Shown here: positions 1 through 14,368 of the stretch, in pieces
Numbering within the stretch: position 1 is the stretch's first letter
Layout of the letters: every line of letters starts with the position of its first letter
Translations under genes and position numbers: made by a program
Assembly: GCA_965649765.1 (NCBI GenBank)
Contig: OZ287749.1
Coordinates: 2,604,001 to 2,668,000 of the forward strand
Reading direction: 5' to 3'
DNA length: 64,000 nucleotides
Source: Bispira polyomma
Taxonomy: Eukaryota
The notes under the pieces: generated by a model
What the model was told of the DNA's origin: nothing
What the model saw: the letters and a program-made list of their open reading frames with translations, nothing else
Databases searched by the model: none

Positions 1-3000
1 ATGGCTGACTTAGACTTATATACCTAATTCTAAATGAGATAGTAGTCTTATTGAAATGTTTGGATTCCCAAAATGGTTCTAATCAATAGAGAAATTGGAC
101 TATGCTTCTACAACTGGGCTACATACAGTAACTTTTGGCTTCAGCAATTACTGTACTCCGCAGTTCTAAGACTGGGCAAAATTAGAGCAGACTGGGCAAA
201 ATTAGAGCAGATAGATAGCTAGAAATTGAGCCCAAGATTTGAGAGTAAAATTTGCTTTACTTAAAATAATATATGTATTTTGTTTGCTAATCGCACTTTT
301 TTCACAGTCGTCTTTGTAAAATAAATATAAGGGACCATTGCTTTTAAATTGCACTTTTCCTGTGTACTCGTCTTTGTAAACATTAGGGAGTACTGTATTG
401 CTCTTTAAAATTGAAATAAACTACTCTGTTACTCTATAGCCTTATCAAGATTTTTGTGAATTGTGTCGAAAATGTAAAAGTGATCAATCGGCCTAAGAAT
501 ATTGAGCCACATGATGACTGTACTCGCATAGCTGGGTGAATCTTGGAATGAATTGAACAAATACACCTGTATTGGCCCCACACAATATCCAGTTAACCCC
601 CCCCCCCCCCCCCCCCTCCATATCCAGTTAACCCCTCTCTCCCCCCACGCCCACCTTCCTACATTTGGGTGGTGTGAGATGTGTCAGGAATTGAACAGGC
701 AAAGAGTTAGCCTTACCTCGAAGGCTCTACAGTTTGCTAGAAAATCTATTTAAATTTAGATTAAATTTTAGATTGAACCCTTTTGTTACTGCAAAAAAAT
801 ACCACCAATAAATTTTTCGGCTAAAGTCATTAAAACACGCACCACAATCTCCCGGCATTAGATATCAACCTCGTGTATAATTTTTTAACAGGGGAGTCTG
901 CTGTACTAACAATTTCCTACTGGGATGAACTAAAGGAAAATATAATAGTATTTTTAAGGTATTGACTGCTCGCCGACAGACAGGTTTAGGTTCTGTGAGT
1001 TAGACATGCCGTCGACTGCTGGCGCACAAAATAGGGGTTGAAAGGGTTACACAATTTAACTCAAGTCTAAACCTAATTAACATAAATATACAATAAAATG
1101 TCTGAACAACAGGGAGGGCTTTAGGAAAGACTAGGTCAGAGGTGGCCATTTGTACAGAGAGTGCAGGAATTAATAAGGGAAGTGGGCTCTTCATGTGGCA
1201 AGGGCCAGTTTGGGTGATTTATGGGCTGGGTTCAGTGGGTCTATTACACAATGACAGCCAGCCCTCTAGTGGTCTGGGTGGAGGTTAGGGAGGAGGGGGA
1301 TGGGGGAGGGTACTGAAATGTGTCTCCCCTTGTAAACAGGCAATAAACACATCATCATTATATACATTGGTTTTGGCCACCAGAAAATGGTGTGTATATA
1401 AAATACTGATGGTTGTAACACTTGTACTTTTCAGCCTATTGAAATAATGCGTGTATTTTGCCACAGTAGTTAAAAACATTGTAGAGTATTTACCTTTTAC
1501 CGGAAGTTGTAATGAATAGTAAACAAAATGTGGGTTGCACTTAATACTTAGGGTACATGTAGATGCCGCTGGAAGTTTTGCATTCAGAAATTTCCAGTGA
1601 ATATACTTTTAAATTCCAATCGCCATTACGGAGCACCAAAAAAAAAAAAATCTGGCTGCACATTTATGCTTTCGTTTGGCACTCGGGCACGATTTCCAGT
1701 CAGTAATATAGAACACCAAAAACATGGCCCAAAACTACAGATCGGCACTTTAACAATGATTGCCAGTTGGCACTTTAAAGGTAAAGGATATATTCTATTA
1801 AAAGAAGCTTGGGTGGTAGGGTGGTTGGTGTTGGTTTTATTGGGAAGTATTCAATTGTGTCACCCCTTATAACTCAGGCAATAAACATATCATCAAAGAC
1901 ATGGTTGTATACCAAGACAATTTATGTACCTTATCAATAAGTTTGGTTTCAAGTTACATCAAAAAAACCCACCACAAACAAAGTTAATTTGCATTCATTT
2001 TCCTGAAATGGGTATTAATAGTTTGGAATCAATGTGAGGGAAAATGCACAAATTCGTCCACTCTGTATTTCAGGAATTTTGTCACAATTTCAGCTGAGGG
2101 AGTTATATAAAATTTTAAAACTATACACCATTCCGTTCTACCCCCACTCCCCCTTTAAACAGCTGACCTTCCTCCTATTTGATACCTCCATACAAATGGA
2201 CTCCCCCCCCCACCCCACCCCCCCAACCCCCACCCCACACACACATACACACACACACACAACCCGTCATAAAACACTACATAAATCGGTCCCCATTCCA
2301 GTGGTGTAACCTACCACGGTTATGGGCTATAAATTTTACCACTTGACCCTGTATCAATGATTTGAGGTGTTGTTCGGTTAAATTGTCTATTGTATCTTCT
2401 TAAATAGTGGACATCATGCAAATAGGTTGTTACATGGCCTTCCCAGACATTAACAACACAAACTGTCAAAGTGAAAAAAAGTGAGGGAGACTAATTTAAT
2501 GTTATTTATGTACTATGGTCTCGTCTTTCACAGAGAGGAGAAATTTATTGGAGATATTAAAGACGTTAATCATGAGAGTCCCACAGCCTCACTTTCTGTA
2601 TTCTACCGTAGTGTGGTTTTAACATTTTTATAATTAAAATTCATTGTGTAATCCAAGGACACACAAACATTGACCTTTGTGCAGATAAATATATTTTATA
2701 TCCAAATATCTTTTTATTTCATGACATAAATCCTCTGATTTTGTTTTTTGAAGGTAAAGATAAGTAGGAAACTAGCCTTGTGGTTAAGGCTCTAAAGTTT
2801 GTAAGGTCTAGTTCTCCCAGGAAACATCTGGTTACACATACAAAACCACTATAACTCCACCTAAACATTTTTGGAAAGGGTTTGGGGGCTTTTTTGGGGG
2901 GGCCAAAGGTTTACTATAATATTATATCGTATTTCCTTCTGATAATAATATACTGTATTAATACTTAACTTTTATTGTTTCAAAGTAAACATTTTTGTGA

Positions 3001-3589
3001 AAAAATTGTGACCATATTACTTGATACACCACTTTCCGACCATTTTGTAATAAAATCATTTGTAAACAAAGCGTAATTCGTACTTGTAAAGTGCATCTGC
3101 TCCAACTTTTCTGACAGACTAGAACTTTTATCCAGTGTAGTAGTGAGCTTTTAGTTTAGTAATATGATCTGATAAAGCCTGTAATTGGTGGAGAGATGCT
3201 AGATCTATCTTTTCTGTTGTGATCAGTAGATCTAAATATTTAACAAGTTCTGCCAACATCTCAAGTACACAATCACTGCTGTCTCCTGTCCAGTCATTAC
3301 TACTCAGAAAGGGACTCTAAATTTGGGTTTGCATGTCAGTAATTTTTTTATGTTTTCGCTACCAGGAGCAAAAAAAATTGCCCACCGCCTGTCGGCATTG
3401 CTCACATGGAAACAGATACTTATAAATCAACGATAAAATTGCCATCTGCTGATCACCTCACAAATTTGACTGTATGGAAATGTAGACTACCTCAATACCT
3501 AGGTGGCAGCACTGTATGATTGAAGAATGGGGACAAAACAACAACCCAAGTTTAGGGCAGTCAAAGTCAAAATATTCTTCTAAAAATGA

Positions 3590-4072
3590 GCCCTGTATCA
3601 TGTGTAATAGACCTGTGTCGTGTGTAATAGGCCTGTGTCGTGTATAATAGGCCTGTGTCGTGTGTAATAGGCCTGTGTCATGTGTAATAGGCATGTGTCG
3701 TGTGTAATAGGCCTGTATCGTGTGGAATAGGCCTGTGTCATGTGTAATAGGCCTGTATCATGTGTAATAGGCCTGTGTCGTGTGTAATAGGCCTGTGTCA
3801 TGTGTAATAGGCCTGTGTCGTGTGTAATAGGCCTGTATCGTGTGTAATAGGCCTGTGTCATGTGTAATAGGCCTGTATCGTGTGTAATAGGCCTGTGTCA
3901 TGTGTAATAGGCCTGTATCATGTGTAATAGGCCTGTATCGTGTGTAATAGGCCTGTGTCATATGTAATAGGCCTGTATCGTGTGTAATAGGCCTGTATCG
4001 TGTGTAATAGGCCTGTGTCATGTGTAATAGGCCTGTGTCGTGTGTAATAGGCCTGTATCGTGTGTAATAGGC
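3590..4072. repeat. 20-bp minisatellite (gcctgtgtcgtgtgtaatag)n, about 24 copies
   Basis: Directly visible, with variants tgtcg/tgtca/tatcg/tatca. Confidence 0.97.
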
Positions 4073-5344
4073 AATGAATAGCGCTGTGATTGGAGAAGTT
4101 TAATACAGTACCACCTCTGTTATATGGACCTTTATTATCCAAATATTCAATTTTGTGAACTTTATTACAGATCCCTTGAATCTATGTTTTCCTATTGTAC
4201 TAATAAAATGGCTTTTCTTGTATTTGATTAACCTTCTGTTATCCAAACAAATATTTTGTCTCCCAAACATGTTTGGATATTAGAGGTTGTACTGGGTTGA
4301 GTCGGCAGATCCTGTTTGAATTTACCACAAAAGGCCTTTAACTCGTGGTTGAACTCATACTAGTGGGTAAATTGTTTAGGTTGGTGAAGATTGATATCGA
4401 ACTTAAAATTACTTCGATATCGGCTGATATCGGGACATAGAAATAAAGTTACGAAAAACTGGAACGTATCTGCAAAACAAAAAAGCTGCCCGAAATGAAA
4501 CCTGAAGTAAAACCGCTAAATAAGTTTACAAGTACAAATGGAATAAAATGGTTACTATGCATGGTTTAAAAAGTATTATCCTTAAAATACCATTTTTACT
4601 ATTCTAAAAATTTTATCCCATGGTGAAATATGCGTCATTTATGATATTGATGTATTAGTACAGCAATATCGTAACTCAAAAGCCCAAACACTAGGTATTG
4701 CCGAAAAATGTCTGTCGCCAAGCAGTTGTCGCCCCCAAAAGTGTTATTTTGTTTTCCTTCAGTTGCTCACAAATTGTTAATACAGCGAACCTCTCGAACA
4801 ATTTTTTTTTACGAGAGGTCGTTGTTGAATGCCGTAATAATTCTGTGGTGTGTGTTTTAGTGACTTCAGCTATCTGTAACCACCTTAAAATTCCCGGCCA
4901 TAGTTTGGGCACTAAAGGGTTAATAAAATGACTTGTTTTACTGTTCAGAAATTTGTACATATTATTGTTGAATCTAAACTATTTGGGCCCCAAAGAAAGG
5001 CTAACAAACCCAGGAGTTTGGGTGCAGCAGGGAAATTAGAAGCTAATGGAATCTGGCAGTGAATGTGATCATTAATGGCTTTGGACCTGCGTGCTCTTTC
5101 TGTAACCATATCTTAATTACCTCTTTCGATGCATCATTATGCAGTTTTTGGGGAGACCCAGCTTTTAAAATCAGTGTAAAATTCCCATATTTGAGCCTTA
5201 TTTAATGAGGCTCGGATGTAAATACCCTAATGGACTCTAGCAGTAAACTCCAAACTCTGGCAATGTTCTAGTCTGGTATTCTTGTGTGGGTCACTTTTTT
5301 GCTGGTGCTAATGAGAAATGTATTGGAATCAAGTTCTATTCATC

Positions 5345-5455
5345 TGTGATATATTACATTACTAATCTAATGTGAATATATTACATTACTAATCTAATGT
5401 GAATATATTACATTACTAATCTAATGTGAATATGTTACATTACTAATCTAATGTA
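5345..5455. repeat. 27-bp tandem repeat, about 4 copies
   Basis: Unit tgtgaatatattacattactaatctaa. Confidence 0.9.
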
Positions 5456-5513
5456 TGTATATGAAGAAAACTTAAGTATTTTTTATATGAATTTTCATCA
5501 CACTAGCACTTAA

Positions 5514-5789
5514 CCCTTTCAACCTCTTAAGTTGTCAGCTATAAGTTGACGGCATTTGTTCACTCCCAAAACCTATTTATGTTAGCAAGCAGTTAATACC
5601 TTAAAAATATTCTGGTATTTTCCTGCAGTTTTTCGCAATAGGAAATTGTTAATTCAATAGACCCCTTTGTTAAGGAAATTATATGTGATACTGTTGTTAA
5701 AGAGTTTAGGTGACATCAGCAATCTGTTAAATAATACCAAAAAATTTTCTTCAGTTCTTGATGACAGTTTTCTGTTCGGGTTGAAAGGG
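5514..5789. mobile_element. piggyBac-like MITE
   Basis: TTAA|CCCTTTCAACC...GGTTGAAAGGG|TTAA. Related fragments at ~4710-4923, 12080-12330, 32050-32350 (reverse), 43260-43360 and 57310-57445. Confidence 0.85.
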
Positions 5790-5849
5790 TTAAATCTATT
5801 TTAAATCATATTTTTAAACTAGGGTACGTTTCCAACAAACAATTGCCAC

Positions 5850-6022
5850 TCATACCCCTGCCGAAGAGGTCATGTTTTTGTCTGTGTCTGTTTGTTTGTA
5901 TGTTTGTTATCAGGATTACTCAAATACTAAATTCTGTGTCATCAGGATTACTCAAATATTAAGTTCTGTGTCACCAGGATTACTCAAATACTAAGTTCTG
6001 TGTCACCAGGATTACTCAAACA
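5850..6022 (+). mobile_element. HINE/Helentron-type 5' end running into a 32-bp tandem repeat (about 3.5 copies)
   Basis: tacccctgccgaagaggtcatgtttt followed by (tgtt)n and caggattactcaaa, then repeats of accaggattactcaaatactaagttctgtgtc. Reverse-oriented relatives end near 25230, 54650 and 60885. Confidence 0.6.
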
Positions 6023-9000
6023 CTTGAGTTCAAATTCAAGGTAAATGTCCTATCACCTTCCATCACTCAACCTGTGATATAACAAAAAGTATATAACATT
6101 TTTGTAGGGTAGAATCGTTTTAGTCAGAGTAAATTTAATCTTGTTTAGCCTAAATATACCAGGCATGGGTAATGTGTGTGTTAAACATTTGACATCAGCA
6201 CTTTATTCTGTTGGTAGCTCCATCACTGGCCTGAATATAACAGTATTAACCCTGGACTGTTAAATACCCACACACCTCTACTGTGAGATCTCTTCCAAAA
6301 GGTGTTTACAAATTGTGAAAATGTTTTATTTCGTGCTGCCAATCACACTTCTACATTTGTGTTTTAGTTTGATCCACCTTTCAAGCACCAATCGTGATTT
6401 AGTTTCCTCCATCTATAAGTGGCAATCCTGTGTAAAGCTGCAATGAGTAGTAACTTTTGTACACGAGTACCCATTACTCTTTTACTAGTACTCTATCCTT
6501 TAATGAGTACCCTTTTTAGTGTAAAAGAAGCTAGAATGTGTATGATTTTCGTTTAAAAGTTATAGAAAATAACTCAACTGATTTTATCAGAATAACTATA
6601 AATCTACTGATATTAAACAAGAAAAGAGTACATACTCTTTTCTTAATTTTGTACTCCGAATAGTTCATTACTATATTCTTTAACAGGCATTTGAGTACTT
6701 TTTTACAGCCCTAATCCTAAACTTACACTATATTCTTCTATTTTTTTATGAATTCCTGAAGGGTTATAACTTAAGGTCTTTGCAGACCACTGAGAGACGA
6801 GTATGTGCGAGTTGAGATGATGTAGAGCTTTTATATACACTCGAGGAAGATATTAGAATGAATGTGGACATGCTCTATTTCCTGAAAGTCTTTGTTCATT
6901 ATATACATAGAAGACGGGTCCACAAGTTCTTTTGAAATTACTCTCCCATCCTGCTTAGGTGCTTACTCCCTTTCCCACTTGCTTGTAAAGGCCATTACTC
7001 ACTGGTTCTAAACACTGATGAACGTCAAATCTAGTCTCCATTGACGCCAATAGATGGCTCACTTTCCATGTCGCAGATCACTTGATTGCTGATGGCTGAT
7101 TTCATGTAACCTATTTTACAAACAGATATTAATGAAGATATATAGATATTAATTAAAAAGAGTCTTGGATTCTCAGGATTTTGAAACTCTTGCAAAGACT
7201 TTATTTTGATTTATGTACAGTATTTACAAGTCGTCGTGGACTGATTTTTGTTCTCTCCCAGGTAGCGAAAACAGCGGCCAGTGTTGGCTTTTTGTTGTAA
7301 TATGAAAACTCCTGGAGAAAAAATATTTATTTATCTCGTACAAAATGTACAATACATTTGTTGGGTGAAAACAATGAGAGAGAGATTATATTTAACACAT
7401 TAACACAGAACCTATTTACATAAAAACATAACAGTTTCTCAGTAATTAGTATTAGCAGTGCTAGAATCAGTATTGTCTGGCGGCTATCAGAGGTCTGCTA
7501 GATGGAAAGGGAGGCTTAACTATATGCTCACAAAGACTCTTTGGCCAATTTCAAATGTATTCCCTGTTGGCTTCAGTAGAGAAAGTTCATTAACTGTAGT
7601 AAGGGAGGATGGGTGTGTTGATCTGATCTGTTCATCTCTCAGGCTTTTTGTTGTATATAAATCCCTGGGCCAGAATACCAGGCTACAGAGAGAGCATCAG
7701 ATACTAGTTTAGTCTGGCTTAAGATTGTCAGAAAATATCATTTCATTGTTTTGGGGAAGGGGGAGTTGGTGTTAGTTTGTGTTTGGTTGATTGTGTGGCT
7801 CTGTATGACCAAGTGTTTTGCTGAGTGTTTGGCTGGGTATCTGGCTAGTGTATGGCTGGGTGTTTGGCTCTATATGACTTAGTGTTTGGCTGTGTGTGGC
7901 TGTATATGACCAAGTATTTGGTTGGTGTATGACTGAGTGTTTGGCTGGGTATGGTTGTGTAAGCATCACCCACACTCTCCGGCTGAGAGGGGTGGGGCAG
8001 GGGTTGATGGGGGGGTTCCTGCCTAATTTAAAACACATTCATCAAAAGCATGATGAGCTGTCATACAACTTTACCCATGTGTGTCTGTGTGACTGTGTTT
8101 GGGTGGGTGAACTGCTATATTTGATGTACAGATAGTACAGATAGTACACCAAACTTTCTGTATCTTTGAATCTTGTACATGTCATTGTCCTTCCCCAACC
8201 TTCCCCCCACCCCTCTCCTTCCTCACCTCAACATTTCCTCGTTGCCATGCCAACTACCCCTCCCCTCCTCCTACCCCCTCCCCTTTGCATGCAAGTGGAT
8301 GTTGGTGAGATGTCATTGTAGTCTTATAGCCAAGCCCTGTGAGATAGATCTGTCAGTCCCCCCACCTCTCTTTTGTGACTTGCTTCAGTGGTATTATTTT
8401 GTCCCCCCAATTCCTCCATCAAAATAGTCACAACTGGGACTTGGGACTGGCCTTTCAATTTGGACAGTTTAATTGGTTTCCTTTGAGACTGTCACATGCT
8501 GCAATGGCGTTTTTGGGGGGCTCTCCTTTGAAAATGCAATCATGCTGAATTTTTTTGGGAATGGCCCCAAGTTAAACCAGAAAAGAAAGGATTCGATTCA
8601 TAGGATATTGCCACACAAATGCTTCAGTCCCCAATAGAACGGTTTGAATTCTATCTCCTCTATACGTATATAACCGCAATGCATTGTGGATCCTTCTCCT
8701 AATAATACCCGTCTGTTCAGGGTGTTTAGTTTTTGCTGTCATTGATGGAAGTTGATTGGGTAGTACAGATTACTTTTCACAGGAATATTTTGCCATATCT
8801 TGACAGCTCAATATCGGTGTTATTTTAATTTTAGCATTTCCTTTGTTTCGTCAAAAATATTTTCTTCTATTTCTTGATTCAAATTCACTGGTATTTTCTT
8901 TACATTTGATTTTTTTTTCCAGAAAAGCAAAGCCCAAACTAAGCACTATGGGCTTCTGTTTCTTGATATGACAGAGATTATAATTTCTCAAAGATTCTCT

Positions 9001-9281
9001 TTATACCAAATTCTTTATGGTGTATTATCTGTTTTAGTGTAGTATTTTCAAAAAAACCCAACCAATCGACACAATACCCACCGTTGAGGTTAAATATGGA
9101 AGTGGTACACTTGGAAGAGTGAAAATGTATCAAATGCTTTATTCTGGTCTCTCAATGATATGTTTTTCCACAGTCATCAGTTTAAAATGTTGAAGGTTTA
9201 TTTGTATAGACAGACCTGCCTTTGATAGTGAATATAATGTACACAAACTTCATCATTGAAACAAGCTGTCCTGCTTTTCAC

Positions 9282-9517
9282 TAGAGTAAGGAATCTAAAA
9301 TTCGCCATTAGTATCTGTAATTCGCCACCCCTCCAAATTTAAGCCAAATTAATTAAAAACTGGGGGAAAAATAAATGGAATTTAGGTAAGTAAGGGAAAA
9401 TAGTCTTTAAAAAAAATCTCAATTTCAGAAAATATTGCCTACAAGTCTACCAAAAACACGACTCTTTCTAGTTGGCGAATTTTAGATACAGTGGCGAATT
9501 TTAGATTCCTTGCTCCA
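9282..9517. mobile_element. MITE with TIR TAGAGTAAGGAATC(T/G)AAAATTCG; second copy at 42468-42685
   Basis: Long imperfect terminal inverted repeats in both copies. No convincing TSD. Confidence 0.75.
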
Positions 9518-10564
9518 TCACTTGAGCATTGTGCATATCAAACAGATCAGAGTTGTGTGCAAGTGTTGATATTGAGTTGAAGAAGCCCTTGTTTTCCTCC
9601 TTTGAATTAGTTTCAAGTGGTGCTGTGCCCTCCATATCTAAAATCCCTTCACATGTCTACACTAGACCAACTAGCTTTAGAAATATACTTGCTCTGAAAG
9701 AGTTAGTGCAGATTAGTGGAAGACAAAGAATACTAGCAAGTGGTTTTATTGCTTTCACATACAAGCAAGTTATGGTCCATTCACATTGCACAAAAAGTGG
9801 ATTTATCAAGGAATACAGTTTGAATATTTTAATTTAAATAGTGATATTTAACGTCCACTCTAGTACCTGTTTAGGTTATATTGGGACGGGTAGGTTCTGC
9901 ACTGAAACCAGCGGCCCACAGTAAGGAACTACCACCTTTCCCACATAGGCATCGACGGGAGTCAAACTCGCGCTGCCCAGAGGTGAGAGACCAGTGATTG
10001 TGATTCTCAAGGAATACAGCAATACACATACACAAAACCAAATTTTATACACTTGCAGTATTTTCATAGTCAAAATATTTGTCCGAATCAAGCGCACAAG
10101 TAGCATTTTTGTTCTCATGTTTAAGATCGTTTTGTTTATTTGCAAATGCTTTTATTGATCTTCCTCAACAGTTTGTGTGAAAATTAGAAAAAAGATTTGT
10201 GTAACTTTGTTTGCGAACGAATAATGATATCAATATCCTGATTCGGTGCAGTGTGAAAACCCATATTAATTGATCACTCCATCGCTCCTTTTGCATTATA
10301 CTACAGTTAACCACTTTAAGTAGAACCTCAAAGAACCAGGAGAAATAGCTCTACTTAAGCAGGACTTCCACTTAACAAGATAGATTTGAAAGGAAAAGGC
10401 TTTCATGGCACTTCAAATTTGTCTCCATATAACAGGAAAAATAACTTAAGAGTTCCACTAAAAGGGTTTGACAGTGTATATGTTGATGTATCTTTACTTG
10501 AACATAAATGTATATGTGTAGGTTTATAGTCTGATGTTACCCTGAAGTACACACTGGTGAAGTC

Positions 10565-10838
10565 ACAGTGTACACACCCAGTCTGGGTTCTTTTAGTTGT
10601 CGCAACCAATTGTTCGCTCTCAGCTCCCTCTGGGGAGCATACTAACCATGATGCCACATACACTGCAAAGACTATTACACCAATTTAGCAGGCCAGGGGC
10701 CCATTTATAGACCTGGGTGGAGAGGGACAAATTTGTGTGAAGTACCTTGTCCAAGGGCACATAATCTCCAAGCCTGCAGCAAGGATTGAACCTGGGACCC
10801 TCTGATCCAAAGTCAAACAATCCAACTGCTAGGGCACA
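10565..10838 (-). mobile_element. tRNA-derived CORE-SINE
   Basis: Reverse complement has box B GGTTCAATCC, then the CORE-like TGTGCCCTTGGACAAGGTACTTCAC...CTCCACCCAGGTCTATAAATGGG. A 3' fragment of the family at ~34465-34585 ends in an L2-type GCGCTATATAAAT tail. Confidence 0.75.
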
Positions 10839-13547
10839 CATAGAGACCACAATGCAGTTTATTTTTCCCTGTTTCTTGAATTTATTGCTGCACACAGTTG
10901 AGGGATATAAAATTAGAAAATCATTTTATTTTGTGCAATTTGCATCTCACTTTTTTGCTAGTGTACCTGCCTTGCATAGAATGTGGAAAGGATGCCATTA
11001 CAGATTATTGATTTCTAAAATGTTTACTCACCTAGCTAGTATTTACTTAGCTGTATAGTGTGCAAAGGCCTTTAGGAAACAACAAACACCCTACATTCCT
11101 ACTGGTGCAAAGAAACTGTGGTATAATCTTGTATGTCACCTTGACCTTGGAGCATGTTGATATTAGGTCATGTGATGCCTTTAAGTAAAGCAGCCAAATC
11201 TGTATAATAGCCCAAGCTATCACAATAACATCGGACCCAATTTTCTATAAATACCAGGAATCCAGTTAAAAATTTTAAACCGAAAACCACATTAGAATCC
11301 ATAAGAACCCATCCCCTGTATGAAAATCGAAGTTGCAAATGGTCCCAGAAAAACCATGCTTAACAAGAGTTGTCTTTTAAAAAGACATACACACAGTGTG
11401 AAATACACTAATGTTGGTATGGCCAGTATAATTACTTAGGCAAATCTGACACTTTTCAGTTTGGATGGGCCGATTGCTTTCAACCAATCCATGAGAGCCT
11501 TGCATCTTATTTTTGTAAGATGTGCCGCCCTTTTTAGACTAAAAACACATATCAGGCTGTGCCTGATAAAAATCTTGTAAGATAAGTGTTTGTAAAACAG
11601 TAGAAGAAATGGTATATGTGTCTTTTGTAAACATACCAAATACCAGCAGTGGGAGATAAATAGCATTTTATTGAAGAGGTTTGGGTGACAGGAGAAGTGG
11701 TTACCTGAGAAGGCAGTGTGTGTATTCACATAGAGGAGATGAGCATACATTGTGACAGCTGCAGTACACAAGGGAGCATTCATTAACTCAGTCATGTCAC
11801 TCTTTTGTAGTGTGTGTGTTTCTTTTGTGTCCTGGTTATAACATTCACAAGTATGACATTATAGCAGGAGTTATAAATCTGAATTGAATTGTGTAAAAAA
11901 TTCTGGGGGAAAAAGTAAGTTACAGAAGCCTGAACCCTTTGGTCCCCTATATGAATGGCTATAGGAAATTATAAAAATGATTTTACCGTCTGATGCACCT
12001 TAGATTCTGCTATAACGGAGATAAGCCCCATAAAAGTTAGATAAGATTACATTATATTGTCGAAAAGCAGTAGACAGCATTTGTTACTCCCAGAACCTAT
12101 GTCTGTTGGCAAGCAGTCAACATCCTAAAATTTTTATTATACTTTCCTTCAGTTTCTCGCAATAGGAAATTGTTGGTACGGCAGACTTACCCTGTAAAAG
12201 ATGGTACATGAGGCCATTATTGAACTCCAGAAGTAGTCTGTGGTGTGTGTTTTAGTAACTTCAGCTACCTGTAACCTATTACTGACAAATTTCCTTCATT
12301 CTCTGAGGATAGTTTTCTCTTGGGGTCAAATATACTTTTCAAACTAGAAAATTCATGACACATATATTGGTGTATTTCTTGTCTGGCCAAATGTGCAAAG
12401 GCCTTTATAATACACTGGGAGATGCCCCTTACTTGTCCCACAAAGTACCTATTCAGTACTAATAATGTATTCTTGTTTACTATTCCTACTTTTTGTATCA
12501 AGGGAAGAATCTCACTGAAATTGAGTATATACATATGTATTTTGTGTGAGATGCCTTGAACAAGTGCTTGGTTACTTTCATGATACAGTTGATGCATAGT
12601 GTGCTTGGGATGCAAATTGTATGCATGTACACAAGCTGTAACTTTAAACTTAATCTCTAGTTGGTTTTTCCCCATTAAAATTTCATTGAAATTTGAAGTA
12701 GTGTGGCCAATTGATTTGCACCAGTAGCAAATACAAACCCATTCAAGTCCATCAACACAATCTTCTACTTGATCTGTTTGATGTCCTTGTAACACTGGTG
12801 GCTTTGAAGCACTTTGTGACAAGAAATTAAAAAGATTGACAAGTGTGGGGAGTGGGTATTCTGTAGGAACTTAACCTATATAGGACAAAATCCCATGGAT
12901 TTGACTTAGACAAAAATTCGTATGGACATAAACCCTAATGTTATTTTATAGAACTAGGACAAAGTTCATATGGAACAAATCATCATTGTTAAAGAATTTT
13001 TAATTCATTAAATATATATATTATATACATTAAAATGTATCAAATTATGTTATGCCTGTAATGTATGTATTTTGCACCTATATGAATAGTTATAATTAAT
13101 ATTGTCCTTGAAAGTAACATTGGGATTTTGCCTTGGTTTCCTGTACTTCAATATGGAAGTAATGCCTGAACCACCTTCCAACCTTCCAGGCAGTCTCAGG
13201 ACTTGAACTAAATCTTAGTGTAAAACCGTTTGTGAATTCCAACTTAAAATTTTAAGAAAGACCCTACGATTTGAGAGTAATAAGATTTGACTCAAGACAT
13301 TTTAAGTGAATCCTAGGCCCAGTTCTTTATCTTAATCGCCATGACTTAAAGTCTGTAGTTTTTGTTGCCTTGGTGTTTATTGATATCCTTTATAAGTTGG
13401 GATTGAGGTCACATGCTAAAAAACCACCTCTTTCTTTGTTCACACAATGAATCTATAATAATAATAATGTGTAAGGTTTTTTGTGTAAAAAATGTAAAGC
13501 TGGGTAGATGCTCTAAAGCCTAGGTTTCCATATAGCAGACTGCTGAC

Positions 13548-13919
13548 TGGTGGGTAAATCATTTGGGTTCGTGGAGATCGATATCAAAAGTAAACTAAAT
13601 TCAATATCGGCCAATATCCGGAGGTAGCAAAAAACATGTGAAGAAACTGGAACATGTCTAGACAAAAAACCTGCCCGAAATAAAACCGGAAGTGAGAACC
13701 CTTAAATATGTTTACAAGTAAAAATGGATATAAAATGGTGATTATGCATTGTTTGAAAGGTATAACCCTTAAAATATCATTAGAACTATTGTAAAAATGT
13801 TATCCCATGGCAAACTATGTGTCATTTATGGTATCGATGTGTTAGTGTTGTACATAAATATCGGCACGCAAAAGCCCAAACAATAAATATTGCCGATATC
13901 GATAAAGATTTACCCACTA
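13548..13919. mobile_element. hAT-like MITE, TIR T(A/G)GTGGGTAAATC, apparent 5-bp TSD CTGAC; truncated copy at ~4361-4705
   Basis: ctgac|TGGTGGGTAAATC...GATTTACCCACTA|ctgac. Internal sequence is clearly homologous to 4361-4705. Confidence 0.8.
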
Positions 13920-14224
13920 CTGACAACTGGCAGCTGATTTTCTATGGCCAATTGTAGTGTTTCCGATTTTCAATTTTACAGGCATATTTAATCATGTAGA
14001 TGTCATGGTATGATCAGGATTTGGCGATTCTTATTGGCCAAAAGCTTTGGTTAAAAATAACCAGATACACATAGACAGACATTGACCAGATACACATGGC
14101 CAGAAATAGACTAATTTCGTCTGCAGTGTACTTGATGCCTAGTGGATATAGTTGCTTTAATAATGTAGCTTTGAAGTAAATTACAGCACTAATCTTGTTA
14201 GGATTTTAACTTGCTATATCAGAA

Positions 14225-14368
14225 TAGGAATAACACATGACAAAGCATGGTATACGGTAATTTTTACCACTTTTGAGTGTACAAACACTCAGGCTTCTCC
14301 TTTGTATTACTACGCCTCCAATTGTGGTAAAAACTACCATATACCACGCTTTGTTGTGTTATTACTTA
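14225..14368. mobile_element. Fold-back MITE with ~45-bp TIRs (TAAGYAATAA-type terminus)
   Basis: Left arm taggaataacacatgacaaagcatggtatacggtaatttttaccac pairs with right arm gtggtaaaaactaccatataccacgctttgttgtgttattactta. Confidence 0.75.

Noticed and set aside
3458-4142. Repetitive ORFs (MTQAYYTRHRPITHDTGLLH...)
   Set aside because: These are translations of the 20-bp minisatellite.
7245-7310. Strong-looking splice acceptor (ttttgttctctcccag|g) as a candidate upstream PTK7 exon
   Set aside because: All three frames hit stops within ~45 nt and there is no Ig motif.
12265-12822. Longest ORF in the track (185 aa, minus strand)
   Set aside because: No recognisable domain. It ends inside a piggyBac-like MITE and is most likely a chance ORF.
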